A DNA stretch of 64,000 nt. Origin: Candidatus Omnitrophota bacterium. GTDB lineage: Bacteria > Omnitrophota > Gorgyraeia > Zapsychrales > JAKLDJ01. A program made the position numbers and the translations under genes. The stretch lies in contig JAKLDJ010000004.1 of the NCBI GenBank assembly GCA_022703585.1, positions 71,594-135,593 on the forward strand, in the 5' to 3' direction. Below are positions 21,029-32,243 of this stretch, piece by piece. How positions within the stretch are numbered: position 1 is the first letter of the stretch; each line of letters begins with the position of its first letter. The notes beneath the pieces were generated by a model that was not told where the DNA came from, did no database searches, and saw only the letters and a list, made by a program, of their open reading frames with translations.

Positions 21029-21849
21029 TGAGACCCAGAGAAAATACCCGCCCGTTTTCGCCTTCACTTACCCCCAAGAAGCAGTTGGGCCAAAATTTTC
21101 TTATTGACCGCAATATTCTCTCAAAGATCACCGAGGCCTGTGCATTAACGCCAACCGAAACCATCCTGGAAATCGGCCCAGGGTTAGGCCATTTAACGGC
21201 GCACCTCGCCGAAAAAGTCAGCCGCGTCATCGCCATTGAGACCGACAGACGTTTTTGTAAAGAATTAACCGAACGATTCAAGGGGAGTAATGTTGAGATT
21301 ATCCAGGCGGACTTTTTGAAATATGACCTGACAAATCTTCCCTTAAAATTAAAAGTCATCGGCAATCTGCCGTATTACATTTCATCCGCCATTATCGCAA
21401 AGATACTTCAAGAACGCGAACGCTTTAGTTCGCTCTTTACCACCGTCCAGCTTGAATTTGGCAGACGCCTTGTTGCCCGGCCCGACACAAAGGATTACAG
21501 CGCTTTTTCCTGCTTCGTTCAGTATTACGCCGAACCGAAATTGCTTTTTAAAATCAAGAACACTTCCTTTAAACCCGCGCCGAAAGTCGACTCGTGTTTT
21601 ATGCGCCTTCATTTAAGGGAAAAACCTCTTTATGAGAACGTCGATGAGCCATTGCTTTTTCATATCATCCATCACGCATTTCAGAAACGCCGTAAAACCC
21701 TTCCCAACGCCCTCGACGGAATAATCAAAAAGGGCCAATCATCCGCCATTCTAAATTCTCTCGGCATCAGTCTTAATGCCCGGCCCGAAAACCTGACAAT
21801 CAAGAATTTTGTCGATATCGCCGGCGCGCTAAAAACCTTTCCTAAGTAA
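21028..21849 (+). CDS. rsmA: 16S rRNA (adenine1518/1519-N6)-dimethyltransferase
   Basis: LGQNFLID, EIGPGLG and NLPY motifs. ATG at 21028 chosen (TAATG overlap with the pdxA stop); the track ORF started upstream at 20992. Confidence 0.9.
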   Translation: MRPRENTRPFSPSLTPKKQLGQNFLIDRNILSKITEACALTPTETILEIGPGLGHLTAHLAEKVSRVIAIETDRRFCKELTERFKGSNVEIIQADFLKYDLTNLPLKLKVIGNLPYYISSAIIAKILQERERFSSLFTTVQLEFGRRLVARPDTKDYSAFSCFVQYYAEPKLLFKIKNTSFKPAPKVDSCFMRLHLREKPLYENVDEPLLFHIIHHAFQKRRKTLPNALDGIIKKGQSSAILNSLGISLNARPENLTIKNFVDIAGALKTFPK

Positions 21850-22041
21850 CAACCTCATTCCCACCCATGCCCCAACCAGCCCGCAATACATGTGCATGAC
21901 CGATCACCGCAGAGAAACGACAGAATCGCATTGGTTTCTTAGAACTTATTTGAATTATTGATCCAGGTGATTTAAAAAGGGGAGGGATAAAAAATTCTAG
22001 GGAATCTAACCGTGACAGAAAAGACAAGCCGATGAGAACAA

Positions 22042-22536
22042 CTAAAAACCTTTAAACCAGTTCCTCATTACGTCCGTCCGTTTATACTCAAAGGCGTATT
22101 GGAAAATCAAATCCTGGTCATTGGCTTTGATCCGGTCAAAATGAACACCCACAAGATTTGACTCACCCTGCGCACGGCTCCAAACAGCCTTGCCCCGGGC
22201 ATGGATAGGCTGGACATCATCCGATAGATGAATAGTAAGATCCAAAAGCTGATTCGGATTGATCTTCTCGGCAGTGCGAATACAGGTACCCGCACAATTG
22301 ATATCTTTACTGCGGCATTCATTCTCAACAGCGTTATCGCCTATGCGAAGGAGAATTTTGCTGTCGACTTCCCATCGGGGTAGATACCGTCGGTCCTGGG
22401 TCGAGGGAGAGGAGATCCGGCGGTCTGGATAACCTGTTTCGTTTTTGTCTTTAAATAACATAAGCCACATCACCTCATAAAAGGTTCCGTGGCTTGGTTC
22501 CGATAGAACTATAGCATACTCGCCCGGCATTGGCAA
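22042..22536 (-). CDS. PilZ-domain protein (putative c-di-GMP receptor)
   Basis: Only sizeable minus-strand gene. RxxxR-like (DRRYLPR) and D-x-S/N-x-x-G-like (DINCAGT) elements spaced as in PilZ domains. Confidence 0.45.
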   Translation of the reverse strand: MPMPGEYAIVLSEPSHGTFYEVMWLMLFKDKNETGYPDRRISSPSTQDRRYLPRWEVDSKILLRIGDNAVENECRSKDINCAGTCIRTAEKINPNQLLDLTIHLSDDVQPIHARGKAVWSRAQGESNLVGVHFDRIKANDQDLIFQYAFEYKRTDVMRNWFKGF

Positions 22537-22667
22537 GGTTTCTTATACTAACCAAGACAGTAACCACGGCAATAATGAAATCGAAAAACAGTTTTGCATC
22601 TTTCCTTGACACCCCTATTGTTGAGTGGTAAAAGAATAGAGAGAGTTAATCCCGGAAAAAAACATTT

Positions 22668-23090
22668 ATGCGAATACTTTCTATCTTATTGATAATAATT
22701 GGCTTATGCATTAATCCATCAGGAAATATCAGCGCGGAAAATCAAGAAAATACTGCGGCTTATAAATTAGCCGCCTTTCATACACGTACCCTGGACCCGC
22801 ATGAGGCATTGACCCGTTCCGTCACGCCCGCTTCGGCCCTGATCTATGAATTCGAGGGAATCTTTAGCAGTTTGAAAAATCGCTGCCTCAATTCCGAGGA
22901 CGATATCGCCGATACGATCGTTCGGGCCTGGCAGCTGATGCAGGCCCGGGGATACGACTTGTCGGTTTTACAAATTGCCCATGCGCTGGCGACAAACGCC
23001 CGGGATGTCTCGTTGTTCGGTCCCGGCAAAGTAAACTTTAGAAAAACCAGCGGGTGGTGGACTTCGCAACGCAAGCCAAGAAACAAATAA
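22668..23090 (+). CDS. Hypothetical secreted protein
   Basis: 140-aa ORF with an N-terminal signal peptide and no recognisable domain. Confidence 0.4.
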   Translation: MRILSILLIIIGLCINPSGNISAENQENTAAYKLAAFHTRTLDPHEALTRSVTPASALIYEFEGIFSSLKNRCLNSEDDIADTIVRAWQLMQARGYDLSVLQIAHALATNARDVSLFGPGKVNFRKTSGWWTSQRKPRNK

Positions 23091-23091
23091 C

Positions 23092-23796
23092 TTGAAGACC
23101 CTTTTGATGTTCACAACTACTCTTTTTCTTTGCGCCTCAGCCTTTGCCTCAAGCAGCGGGAACGACCCGTTTTTTGACCAGCGGATGTCCATGGTCGAGG
23201 CCCAAATTAAACAGCGCGGTATTCTGGATCCGCAGGTACTCGCCGCGATGCTTAAAGTCCAACGCCACCTTTTTGTTCCCGAGAAATACCAAAGTTCCGC
23301 CTACGAGGATTACCCTTTATCCATCGGCCACGAACAAACCATTTCCCAGCCATACATCGTCGCCTACATGACGGAGGCAGCAAAGCTGCATAAGGGGGAT
23401 ACGGTTCTTGAAATCGGCACCGGCTCCGGATACCAGGCTGCCATTTTAGCCGAAATCGTCGGAAAAGTTTATACCGTCGAACTCATCGAATCCTTAGCCG
23501 ACACCGCCCAAAAACGGTTAAAAGATCTGGGGTATCAAAATATTTTCGTCAAGCAAGGAGACGGTTACCAGAGCTGGAAAGACAACGCGCCCTATGACGC
23601 CATTATTGTTACCGCAGCGCCGGACAGCATTCCCAACGCACTCATTGATCAGCTTAAACCCGGAGGCAGGATGGTGATCCCGGTCGGATCTTTCCATCAA
23701 GAATTGTATTTGGTTACAAAAACGGAAAGCGGAATCGACAAGAAACTTTTGCTTCCCGTGCGCTTCGTCCCTATGGTCAAACCCAAAGAAGATTAG
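23092..23796 (+). CDS. pcm: Protein-L-isoaspartate O-methyltransferase (with signal peptide)
   Basis: SQPYIVAYM motif, SAM-binding VLEIGTGSGYQAA, TAAP motif. Confidence 0.88.
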   Translation: MKTLLMFTTTLFLCASAFASSSGNDPFFDQRMSMVEAQIKQRGILDPQVLAAMLKVQRHLFVPEKYQSSAYEDYPLSIGHEQTISQPYIVAYMTEAAKLHKGDTVLEIGTGSGYQAAILAEIVGKVYTVELIESLADTAQKRLKDLGYQNIFVKQGDGYQSWKDNAPYDAIIVTAAPDSIPNALIDQLKPGGRMVIPVGSFHQELYLVTKTESGIDKKLLLPVRFVPMVKPKED

Positions 23797-23878
23797 CGGC
23801 CTTCTCCTTAATGTTTTCATAGAGGAAGGCTGCGCTACTTTTTCCTTGCAACAAGGAAAAAATCAGAAAGGAAGATAC

Positions 23879-24265
23879 ATGGAAAAAAGGATTTTCTTTC
23901 ACGACACCGACGCCGGCGGAATTGTTTATTACGGAAACTATTTAAAATACATGGAGGAGGCCCGCACCGAATTTCTGGAAAATAAGGGGATGAGCGTTGC
24001 CGAATTCCATCGCCGAGGACTTTTGTACGCGGTAAGCCAGTGTTCCATCCGCTATCGCAGCCCCGCCAAGTACGGAGAAATCCTCATTTGCGATGCCCTT
24101 TTAAAAGAGGTTACCGCTGTTAAGCTTATTTTTGAGCAGAAAATCAGCGAAAAAGAAAGCAATCGCCTCATCGCCGAAGCCGAAATAATTCTGGTATGCC
24201 TTAATAAAGATTTTCGTCCGACATCCATACCCGAAGACCTCAAGGCCAAAATACTGGCAAGTTAA
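23879..24265 (+). CDS. Acyl-CoA thioesterase, YbgC/4HBT family
   Basis: Hotdog-fold thioesterase motif (FFHDTDAGGIVYYGNYLKYMEEAR). ATG at 23879 has an upstream AGGAAG RBS. Confidence 0.8.
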   Translation: MEKRIFFHDTDAGGIVYYGNYLKYMEEARTEFLENKGMSVAEFHRRGLLYAVSQCSIRYRSPAKYGEILICDALLKEVTAVKLIFEQKISEKESNRLIAEAEIILVCLNKDFRPTSIPEDLKAKILAS

Positions 24266-24410
24266 CCTTTGTGTCCGGGCAAGGCCTCTTTGGCTTGGCA
24301 ATGGCCGCAATTCGGATTATTGCCAGAATTTTGCCTTGTCATCGGTAAGGGTTAATGTTAATATATTGAAATTGTAATAATATTAATACTAATCTAAACA
24401 GAAATTCATT

Positions 24411-24695
24411 ATGCCATCCAAAGAAGAAGTTAAATATATCGGCCACCTGGCAAGAATACATCTTAACGATGACGAGATCGATCTCCTAGTCAAAAACCTG
24501 GAAGACATTTTGCTTTACGTCGAAAAGCTGCAAAAGCTTAACGTCAACGATGTCAAGCCAACAAGCCATGTTTTACCCCTAAAGAACGTTTTTCGAGAAG
24601 ATGTCGTCAGGCCCTCGCTTAAGCAGGAAGAGGTTGCGAAGTTTTCCGTCGCCCATCATAACGGCTCTTTTAAAGTTCCCCAGGTAATCGAATGA
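24411..24695 (+). CDS. gatC: Glutamyl/aspartyl-tRNA amidotransferase subunit C
   Basis: 94 aa, [11 protein letters not shown]...KPTSH GatC pattern. Immediately upstream of gatA. Confidence 0.9.
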   Translation: MPSKEEVKYIGHLARIHLNDDEIDLLVKNLEDILLYVEKLQKLNVNDVKPTSHVLPLKNVFREDVVRPSLKQEEVAKFSVAHHNGSFKVPQVIE

Positions 24696-26131
24696 AACTA
24701 AACGAATTAACCGCCCACGAGCTTCTGGGCCTTTTGAAAACCAAGCAGGCAACGCCTGAGGCAATCGAAAAAGATATCAGCGCCGCCATCGAGAAATCCG
24801 AGAAAAAGGTGAAGGCCTATGTCCGCCTGATCGAAGAAAAACTTTCTGAAAAATCGACGGGCGGAAAATTGAGCGGTATACCGATCGCCGTTAAAGACAA
24901 CATTTGCATCAAAGATACGCCGACAACCTGCGCCTCGCGCATCCTGGAAGGATTCCGCCCGCCCTACAACGCAACGGTTATCGAGAAATTGAAAGGTCAA
25001 GAGCTTCCCCTTGCCGGCCAAACCAACATGGACGAATTCGCATTCGGCTCTTCAACCGAGAATTCCTGTATAGGCCCCACGCATAATCCCTGGAATTTAG
25101 ATTGCGTACCCGGAGGCTCCAGCGGCGGTTCAGCGGCAGCGGTCGCCGCCCACGAGGCGATTTGGGCGCTGGGTTCGGATACCGGCGGGTCCATTCGTCA
25201 GCCTGCTTCGTTTTGCGGTATCGTCGGGGTAAAACCCACTTACGGCAGGGTTTCCCGGTACGGACTTATTGCTTTTGCCTCCAGCCTTGACCAAATCGGA
25301 CCCTTAACCAAAGACGTAACCGATGCGGCACTGCTTTTAAAAGTGATTGCCGGCCACGACCAAAAAGATTCCACATCAGCTGATATTCCCGTTCCCGACT
25401 TCACGTCTTCTTTAAAAAAAGATGTCAAAAATATAAAAATTGCTATTCCCAAAGAATATTTTGTTTCCGGAATCAATCCCGAAATTAAGAAAATTATCCT
25501 CGAGGCCATCGAAACGTTAAAAAAATTAGGCGTTTCCTTTCACGAAGTTTCTCTGCCGCATACCGAATATGCCGTCGCCACCTATTACGTCATCGCCACC
25601 GCCGAGGCAAGTTCAAACCTGGCACGTTTTGACGGGGTTCAGTACGGATTGCGTTCTCAACCGCAGGCGCTGCGAAAAACTCCCTTAATCGACATGTTTG
25701 AAGAGACAAGGGAGAAGGGGTTCGGCAATGAGGCCAAGCGGCGTATTATGCTTGGGACTTATGCCCTTTCCTCCGGGTATTACGACGCCTATTACCTTCG
25801 CGGACAAAAGGTCAGGACGCTTATAAAAAATGATTTTGATAAAGTATTCGAAGAATTTGACGCGGTTTTAACTCCGACATCTCCGACAACGGCTTTTAAG
25901 ATCGGAGAGCGAGCAAGCGACCCGCTTTCAATGTATCTTTCGGATGTCTACACGATTTCCGCTAACCTCGCCGGAATTCCGGCGATATCGTTGCCCTGCG
26001 GATTTAGCAAAGACCATCTGCCTGTCGGATTACAAATCATGACAAAACCGTTTGACGAGGAAATGATGTTTCGCGTTGCCTACGCCTACGAGCAGGCGAC
26101 GGATTGGCATAAAAAGAAGGTGAGCTTATGA
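24692..26131 (+). CDS. gatA: Glutamyl/aspartyl-tRNA amidotransferase subunit A
   Basis: Amidase signature ([13 protein letters not shown], Ser-cisSer-Lys triad context). Confidence 0.95.
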   Translation: MKLNELTAHELLGLLKTKQATPEAIEKDISAAIEKSEKKVKAYVRLIEEKLSEKSTGGKLSGIPIAVKDNICIKDTPTTCASRILEGFRPPYNATVIEKLKGQELPLAGQTNMDEFAFGSSTENSCIGPTHNPWNLDCVPGGSSGGSAAAVAAHEAIWALGSDTGGSIRQPASFCGIVGVKPTYGRVSRYGLIAFASSLDQIGPLTKDVTDAALLLKVIAGHDQKDSTSADIPVPDFTSSLKKDVKNIKIAIPKEYFVSGINPEIKKIILEAIETLKKLGVSFHEVSLPHTEYAVATYYVIATAEASSNLARFDGVQYGLRSQPQALRKTPLIDMFEETREKGFGNEAKRRIMLGTYALSSGYYDAYYLRGQKVRTLIKNDFDKVFEEFDAVLTPTSPTTAFKIGERASDPLSMYLSDVYTISANLAGIPAISLPCGFSKDHLPVGLQIMTKPFDEEMMFRVAYAYEQATDWHKKKVSL

Positions 26132-27564
26132 GCGATTTTCAAACCGTTATCGGCCTCGAGGTCCACCTGCAGCTTAATACCCAGTCAAAAATATTCTGCG
26201 GCTGCGCCAATACTTTCGGGCAACCGCCCAACACCCAAACCTGCCCTGTCTGCCTGGGGCTCCCCGGGAGCCTGCCGGTCTTTAACCGCCGAGTTTTGGA
26301 TCACGCCCTGAAAATTGCCATGGCCCTTCATTGCAACGTCAATCCTTTTATAAAGTTCGATAGAAAAAATTATTACTATCCGGACCTGCCCAAAGGCTAT
26401 CAAATTTCACAATATGATTTACCTATCGCCAATAACGGATTCCTGGAAATTAAAACCGGCGATACCGTCAAGCGAATCAATATCCGCCGCGCCCACTTAG
26501 AAGAAGACGCCGGAAAACTGATCCATGACCCCGCGGCCAACTGCAGCCTCGTCGATTACAACCGTGCCGGAACTCCGCTCATGGAAATTGTCACCGAGCC
26601 GGATATCCATAGCCCCCAGGAGGCCTACGACTATTTGACCGAATTAAAACTATCCCTGCAATACCTGGATGTCTCGGACTGCGACATGGAAAAAGGGAGC
26701 CTGCGCTGCGACGCCAATATTTCCATCCGTAAAAAAGGCGCCAAAGAACTGGGCACAAAGGCCGAGCTTAAAAATATGAATTCTTTTAAAGCGGTTAAGG
26801 CCGCGCTCGAGTTCGAGGAAAACCGTCAGGCGCAGACGATACAGGCAGGTGAAAAGATTGCCCAGGAAACCCGCCTGTGGAATGAACAAAAACAAATAAC
26901 CATTTCCATGCGCAGCAAGGAAGAGGCTCACGACTACCGCTATTTCCCCGAGCCGGACCTGGTGCCGTTTACGGTCGATCAACAAACAATCGAGGAAATC
27001 CGTAAGGTTTTACCCGAATCACCTGCCGAAAAGTTTAACCGTTTTCTAAAACAATACGCACTTTCCGAATACGATACCCAGATTCTTATCCAGGATAAGA
27101 ATCTTGCCGCATTTTTTGAAGAGTGCACCACGCACTATCCCCAGGCAAAGAAAATCTGCAATTGGATTATCGGGCCCCTGGCCCAGGAGCTCAACACGCG
27201 AAGGACCGGAATAACCACTTTGAATTTAAAGCCCGGGGACTTTACCGATTTGGTCCAGAAAGTCGATGAAGGGATTTTAAGCAACTTAACGGGCAAAAAC
27301 GTCTTATCGGCGATGATCGATACCAACAAAAATGCCCAGACGATTATTTCCGAAAAAGGGCTGGCCCAGGTTTCCGATGACAGCACCTTAGAGAAGATTG
27401 TCGATGAGGTCATCCGCGAAAATGAAAAAACTGCGGCTCAGATTAAAGAAGGAAAAGAAAACGCCATAGGGTTTTTGGTCGGCCAGGCCATGCGTAAAAC
27501 AAATGGCAAGGCCAATCCCAAGAAATTAGGAGACATCATCAAAAGGAGGATTCAAAATGTTTAA
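26128..27564 (+). CDS. gatB: Glutamyl/aspartyl-tRNA amidotransferase subunit B
   Basis: 478 aa. [13 protein letters not shown]-terminus and C-terminal GatB/YqeY domain. Confidence 0.95.
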   Translation: MSDFQTVIGLEVHLQLNTQSKIFCGCANTFGQPPNTQTCPVCLGLPGSLPVFNRRVLDHALKIAMALHCNVNPFIKFDRKNYYYPDLPKGYQISQYDLPIANNGFLEIKTGDTVKRINIRRAHLEEDAGKLIHDPAANCSLVDYNRAGTPLMEIVTEPDIHSPQEAYDYLTELKLSLQYLDVSDCDMEKGSLRCDANISIRKKGAKELGTKAELKNMNSFKAVKAALEFEENRQAQTIQAGEKIAQETRLWNEQKQITISMRSKEEAHDYRYFPEPDLVPFTVDQQTIEEIRKVLPESPAEKFNRFLKQYALSEYDTQILIQDKNLAAFFEECTTHYPQAKKICNWIIGPLAQELNTRRTGITTLNLKPGDFTDLVQKVDEGILSNLTGKNVLSAMIDTNKNAQTIISEKGLAQVSDDSTLEKIVDEVIRENEKTAAQIKEGKENAIGFLVGQAMRKTNGKANPKKLGDIIKRRIQNV

Positions 27565-28960
27565 AAAGTTTCTTGTTTTTTGCTTCGTCGTTTTAGCCGC
27601 ATTCTCCCTGACCCGGTTTGCCGTATCGCAAGTTCCCGGCGCTGAGACCACCACCGGGACACAAGTCCCAGGCGAGCAGACCATCACGGGGACGCAGGCT
27701 GCCGAAAAGCCAGTTGCCAATGTCACGCGCGCGGCAAAAGACGACCTTTATTCGCAAATAGAACTTTTTAGCTATGCCTTAACCACCATCCAATCCGAAT
27801 ACACCGAGGAACCCAAACCAAAAGACCTTATCTACGGATCGCTTAAGGGGATGCTGGCCTCGCTGGACCCTCACAGCCAGTTTCTGGATCCGGAAGATTT
27901 TAAGGAACTTAAAACCGAAACCCAGGGAAAATTCGGCGGACTGGGGATTGAAATTTCCATCCGCGACGGACTTTTGACCGTTATCACACCCATCGAAGAT
28001 ACCCCGGCGTGGAAGGCCGGCATCAAGGCAGGCGATAAGATCGTTAAGATCGGAGATGAAATCACTAAAGACATCACCATGAACGATGCCGTCAAGAAAC
28101 TGCGCGGAAAACCCGGCACCCAGGTTAAAATCACCATCCTTCGAGAGGACGACCTTAAAATCCATAACTTTACCATCACCCGCGAGATCATCCACGTCCA
28201 GGACGTCAAAGACACACAAATCCTCCAGGACAAAATCGGCTATGTCCGCCTCACCGAATTCCGCGAGGAAAGCTACACCGAGTTCCGCAAGGCCCTGGAT
28301 TTGCTTAAGAGCCAGGGAGCGGATAGCCTTATTTTAGACTTACGCAATAATCCCGGCGGGTTGCTGAATGTTGCCATTAAGATCACCGAGGAATTCTTGC
28401 CTGCCGGCAAAATGATCGTCTCCACCAAAGGCAGGCGAGAGTCCCAAAATAGTGAAGCAAAGTCAGCCAATAGCAGCCCCGATTTTGTCAAATGGCCCAT
28501 GGTTGTTCTCATTAACGAAGGGAGTGCTTCGGGTAGCGAAATCTTAGCCGGGGCACTGCAGGACAACAAAAGGGCGGTCATTGTGGGAATGAAATCGTTC
28601 GGCAAGGGCTCCGTGCAATCGGTCATTCCGCTTCCGGATGGCTCCGGCTTACGATTGACAACCAGCAAATATTTTACCCCTTCGGGAAAATCAATACACG
28701 GCATCGGCATTATTCCCGACATCGAGATCAAACGTGAATTTAGAAAACTGGATCCCGAGGCCCAACAGCTCGAGGACATCGAAAAGGCTTTCGATGAAGT
28801 CGAATCAAAAGATGTTAAAAGCGCATCCGATCCCGAAGCTGCCGAGAAGATAAAGAAAGAGCAGGATATCTCAAAGAAGCTTCTCGATGATAATCAGGTT
28901 CAATGCGCACTCCAGGTCATCAAAGGAATCAGAGTTTACCGAAGCATGGCCGGTAATTAA
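27557..28960 (+). CDS. ctpA: Carboxyl-terminal processing protease (S41 family, PDZ domain)
   Basis: Signal peptide, PDZ domain and S41 catalytic region ([25 protein letters not shown]). Confidence 0.88.
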   Translation: MFKKFLVFCFVVLAAFSLTRFAVSQVPGAETTTGTQVPGEQTITGTQAAEKPVANVTRAAKDDLYSQIELFSYALTTIQSEYTEEPKPKDLIYGSLKGMLASLDPHSQFLDPEDFKELKTETQGKFGGLGIEISIRDGLLTVITPIEDTPAWKAGIKAGDKIVKIGDEITKDITMNDAVKKLRGKPGTQVKITILREDDLKIHNFTITREIIHVQDVKDTQILQDKIGYVRLTEFREESYTEFRKALDLLKSQGADSLILDLRNNPGGLLNVAIKITEEFLPAGKMIVSTKGRRESQNSEAKSANSSPDFVKWPMVVLINEGSASGSEILAGALQDNKRAVIVGMKSFGKGSVQSVIPLPDGSGLRLTTSKYFTPSGKSIHGIGIIPDIEIKREFRKLDPEAQQLEDIEKAFDEVESKDVKSASDPEAAEKIKKEQDISKKLLDDNQVQCALQVIKGIRVYRSMAGN

Positions 28961-29038
28961 TTCTTTTTTAAAAAAGCAAAAACTTTAGCTCCCGGCAACA
29001 GCGGGTGCGACAGTTTTAATGATTTTTTGTAAAAACCA

Positions 29039-29905
29039 ATGGCGAAGCTAAGAAAATCCGATCCTCGAAATCTCATTATCCTCATCCTGGCTGTTTTGGT
29101 CTTGACCGAGACCTATTTTCTTTTTTTCGCTAAGCCCAAGAAAATTCCCTTAGCCGCCCCGGTTAAGAAAGTTGCCGTTAAAGAGGCTAAGCCTCCCAAA
29201 GAGAAACCGCCGGAAAAACCCGTTCCTCTTAAAGGCAAAATCGCGATCATTATCGACGATTGGGGATACAACATACAACACTGCGAGTTAATTAAAAATA
29301 TCCCTGACCCGGTGACAATTGCGGTTCTGCCCAAACTTCCCCATTCCAAAGAAGTCGCGCAATGCGCCCACCAAAACGGCAAAGAGGTCATGCTTCATTT
29401 GCCCATGGAGCCGCAACCCCGCGAGAAACTAGAGAAATACCCCGACCATTACATTATAAAAACTTCCATGCGAAGATCCGAAGTCGAGAAGCTGATTGAA
29501 GAAAATCTCGACAGCGTTCCCTTTGCCGCCGGCGTCAACAATCACATGGGCTCCAAGGCCACGGAAGATACGCGGCTGATGACAACCACGTTCACCTTCC
29601 TAAAGAAGAAGGAGCTATTCTTTGTCGACAGCCTGGTAACAAGTAATTCTATCTGCAGGAATTTAGCCGAAAAAATGTCGCTGCCTTTTACCCAGCGGGA
29701 TATTTTCTTAGATAACATCAGCGAGCGCAGTTATATTGAATCACAATTTAAACAATTGACGGAGGAGGCCGCGCGCAAAGGGACAGCGGTCGGAATCGGC
29801 CACGACCGAGCCCTGACTTTGGAAATCATCGCCGAACAAATTGCGCGATGGAAAAAAGAAGGCTTCCAATTTATCACCGTAAAGGATTTAATTAAAAGGC
29901 AATGA
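29039..29905 (+). CDS. Divergent polysaccharide deacetylase family protein (YibQ-like)
   Basis: N-terminal TM helix, Pro/Lys-rich linker and a deacetylase-like core (KIAIIIDDWGYN, NNHMGSKAT). Confidence 0.7.
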   Translation: MAKLRKSDPRNLIILILAVLVLTETYFLFFAKPKKIPLAAPVKKVAVKEAKPPKEKPPEKPVPLKGKIAIIIDDWGYNIQHCELIKNIPDPVTIAVLPKLPHSKEVAQCAHQNGKEVMLHLPMEPQPREKLEKYPDHYIIKTSMRRSEVEKLIEENLDSVPFAAGVNNHMGSKATEDTRLMTTTFTFLKKKELFFVDSLVTSNSICRNLAEKMSLPFTQRDIFLDNISERSYIESQFKQLTEEAARKGTAVGIGHDRALTLEIIAEQIARWKKEGFQFITVKDLIKRQ

Positions 29906-30897
29906 ACGTTTTAGGAATCGAAACATCGTGCGATGAAACCGCGGCTGCCGTCGTCAAAGACGGAAAGTATATCCTTTCGAATATTGTCTCTTCCAGTTTG
30001 AAGTTGCATCAAAAATACGGAGGGATCATCCCCGAGATTGCCTCGCGCCAGCAGCTAGAACTTATCCAAATTGTCGTCAACAACGCCTTGCATCAGGCCG
30101 GCATTACGTTAAACGGTATTGACGCCATTGCGGTTACAGGTAATCCAGGATTGATCGGCTCGCTTTTGGTTGGGATGTCTTATGCCCGAGCCTTAAGCTA
30201 CGCAACCAAAAAGCCATTGGCAGAAATTAATCACATCCAGGCCCATTTGTACGCGAGTTTCTTGTCATCAAAAAACGGGAAAGCCCCAGATGCACAATCC
30301 CGAAATCAGACGCCTAAACTGCCGGCCATCGGGTTAGTGGTCTCCGGAGGGCACTCCAGTATTTTTCATATTAAGAGTTTTAGAAAATATATCCCCCTAG
30401 GGCAAACCCGCGATGATGCAGCCGGAGAGACATTTGACAAAGTGGCCCGCATTCTGGACTTAGGTTATCCCGGCGGCCCGGCAATCGACCGGCTGGCAAA
30501 AAAAGAAAAAAACAGCCACATCCGTTTTACCTGTGCCGAACTGCCCGGAACCTATGATTTTAGTTTTAGCGGAATTAAAACCGCCGTTTTGTACTACGTC
30601 CGCAAACACCCCGACGAAAAAAGACTTTTCCTAAATCAAATCGCCCACGCATTTCAGAAAAGTGTGGTTGCGGTTTTAGTGGATAAATGTATCCGGGCCT
30701 GCAAAGAAACAAAAATCCGCAACCTTGTCGTCGGAGGCGGTGTGGCGGCCAATTCCGGCCTACGTCAAAGCCTCTGTGCTGAAGCCGAACGGAATGATAT
30801 CGAGGTATTCTTTCCGCCCATTTCTTTATGCATCGACAATGCAGCGATGGTTGCGGGATTGGGCTATCAAATACTTTACGAAAGGAGAAAACAATGA
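29902..30897 (+). CDS. tsaD: tRNA N6-adenosine threonylcarbamoyltransferase
   Basis: MNVLGIETSCDETAAAVV N-terminus with metal-binding His pair; Kae1/TsaD family. Confidence 0.93.
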   Translation: MNVLGIETSCDETAAAVVKDGKYILSNIVSSSLKLHQKYGGIIPEIASRQQLELIQIVVNNALHQAGITLNGIDAIAVTGNPGLIGSLLVGMSYARALSYATKKPLAEINHIQAHLYASFLSSKNGKAPDAQSRNQTPKLPAIGLVVSGGHSSIFHIKSFRKYIPLGQTRDDAAGETFDKVARILDLGYPGGPAIDRLAKKEKNSHIRFTCAELPGTYDFSFSGIKTAVLYYVRKHPDEKRLFLNQIAHAFQKSVVAVLVDKCIRACKETKIRNLVVGGGVAANSGLRQSLCAEAERNDIEVFFPPISLCIDNAAMVAGLGYQILYERRKQ

Positions 30898-31370
30898 GCA
30901 CCTACGAGTGGGACACGATTTCAAAAGTTGTTTTGACTATTCTCTTGTCGGGCTTAATCGGCGCCGAACGGGAAATTCGGCACAAGGGAGCGGGCTTAAG
31001 AACACACATTTTAGTGGGGGTGGGTTCGGCACTGATTGTATTGACTTCCTTTCATATTTCTGATACATATAAAAATGTAACCTTTATCGACCCGACCCGC
31101 ATGATTGCCGGCGTGGTTACCGGCATCGGCTTTTTGTGCGCCGGTACCATTATTCTCCAGGGCAATACACGCGTCATCGGGCTTACAACCGCCGCCAGCC
31201 TCTGGATTGTCTCGGGGGTCGGTATCGCCATCGCATCGGGCCATTACATCGGCGGGATAACGGTTGCTTTACTTGTCTTCTCCACTTTAGTCTGGTTAAA
31301 ACCGATTGAAAGAGTTTTGGCAAACCGATTTGGAAGTACTAACAAAGGAGGCGAAAATGGCAATGCGTGA
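30894..31370 (+). CDS. MgtC/SapB family membrane protein
   Basis: GLIGAEREIRHKGAGLRTHILV motif typical of MgtC. ATG at 30894 overlaps the tsaD stop (ATGA). Confidence 0.8.
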   Translation: MSTYEWDTISKVVLTILLSGLIGAEREIRHKGAGLRTHILVGVGSALIVLTSFHISDTYKNVTFIDPTRMIAGVVTGIGFLCAGTIILQGNTRVIGLTTAASLWIVSGVGIAIASGHYIGGITVALLVFSTLVWLKPIERVLANRFGSTNKGGENGNA

Positions 31371-31860
31371 TCGCAGAGATCCTGAACGCGCCATTGAAAT
31401 CAGCGCGGATATGCAGGGAACCTTGGCATTTAAAGACCCCGTCAACCTTAAAATTACGGGAAAGTTTAACGGCACCCTGGACACCAAAGGAACATTGACC
31501 GTCGGAGAAACGGCATCCGTTGAAGCCCATATTAACGGCGAAAATATTATTATTGCCGGAAAAATTAAAGGGGACGTCACCGCCCGAAAGATGCTGGTCT
31601 TAATGCCCACGGCGACCTTAAACGGCAACATCGCTACACCAAAGCTCAACATCGTCGAAGGGGCAATCTTCCAGGGAAAGTGCCAGATGTTCGACGAGTA
31701 TCTTGATTTAGACGGACTGGCAAAATACCTGGAGATTGATATGACATCCCTAACGGAGCTCGCCAATACCGGAAAAATACCGGGGACAAAAAACGGTAAC
31801 GCCTGGCGGTTTGAACGCACCAAGATTGACGAATGGGCGGCATCCGAGAAAGTGCATTAA
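31357..31860 (+). CDS. Bactofilin-domain protein fused to a C-terminal excisionase-family HTH (HTH_17-like)
   Basis: The beta-helical bactofilin core ends with EGAIFQGKCQM, matching the bactofilin signature. The C-terminal LDLDGLAKYLEIDMTSLTELANTGKIPGTKNGNAWRFERTKIDEW matches the excisionase-type HTH pattern. AGGAGG RBS upstream of the ATG at 31357. Confidence 0.75.
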   Translation: MAMRDRRDPERAIEISADMQGTLAFKDPVNLKITGKFNGTLDTKGTLTVGETASVEAHINGENIIIAGKIKGDVTARKMLVLMPTATLNGNIATPKLNIVEGAIFQGKCQMFDEYLDLDGLAKYLEIDMTSLTELANTGKIPGTKNGNAWRFERTKIDEWAASEKVH

Positions 31861-31933
31861 ATAAACTTGATAAACACAGCTGGTGTGTCCTTCTGAAATT
31901 CAAGAAGGATGCGGGAAGAGAATCTAAAATAAT

Positions 31934-32233
31934 ATGTCCGACCAATTTATAAGCGTCAGAGAAGCCGCGCAGACCCTCGGTGTAACCGAAAAGAAAATCA
32001 TGGACTTAATCGACGAGGGAAAGTTGCATGCCTACAAAATTGCAGGACAATTTTTACGGCTAAAGAAAAGCGAAGTCTTAGACACCCAGGATGGGGGAAC
32101 GGTAGCAACAGAATTCAATCATTACCCTTACACCCGGGCCGAACGCATCAAAGACTTCTTTTACTTCAACGACTTTTACATTCTATCGCTTGTAATTATC
32201 TTGGCGCTTTTATACGTCATCTTTTACCGGTAA
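31934..32233 (+). CDS. Excisionase-family HTH (HTH_17-like) protein with C-terminal TM anchor
   Basis: ISVREAAQTLGVTEKKIMDLIDEGKLHAYKIAGQFLRLKKSEV HTH pattern followed by the hydrophobic helix ILSLVIILALLYVIF. Confidence 0.6.
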   Translation: MSDQFISVREAAQTLGVTEKKIMDLIDEGKLHAYKIAGQFLRLKKSEVLDTQDGGTVATEFNHYPYTRAERIKDFFYFNDFYILSLVIILALLYVIFYR

Positions 32234-32243
32234 ATAAAAATTT

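Noticed and set aside
28273-28779. 168-aa minus-strand ORF
   Set aside because: Antisense to ctpA.
31296-31823. 175-aa minus-strand ORF
   Set aside because: Antisense to the bactofilin-HTH gene, which has a strong family signature.
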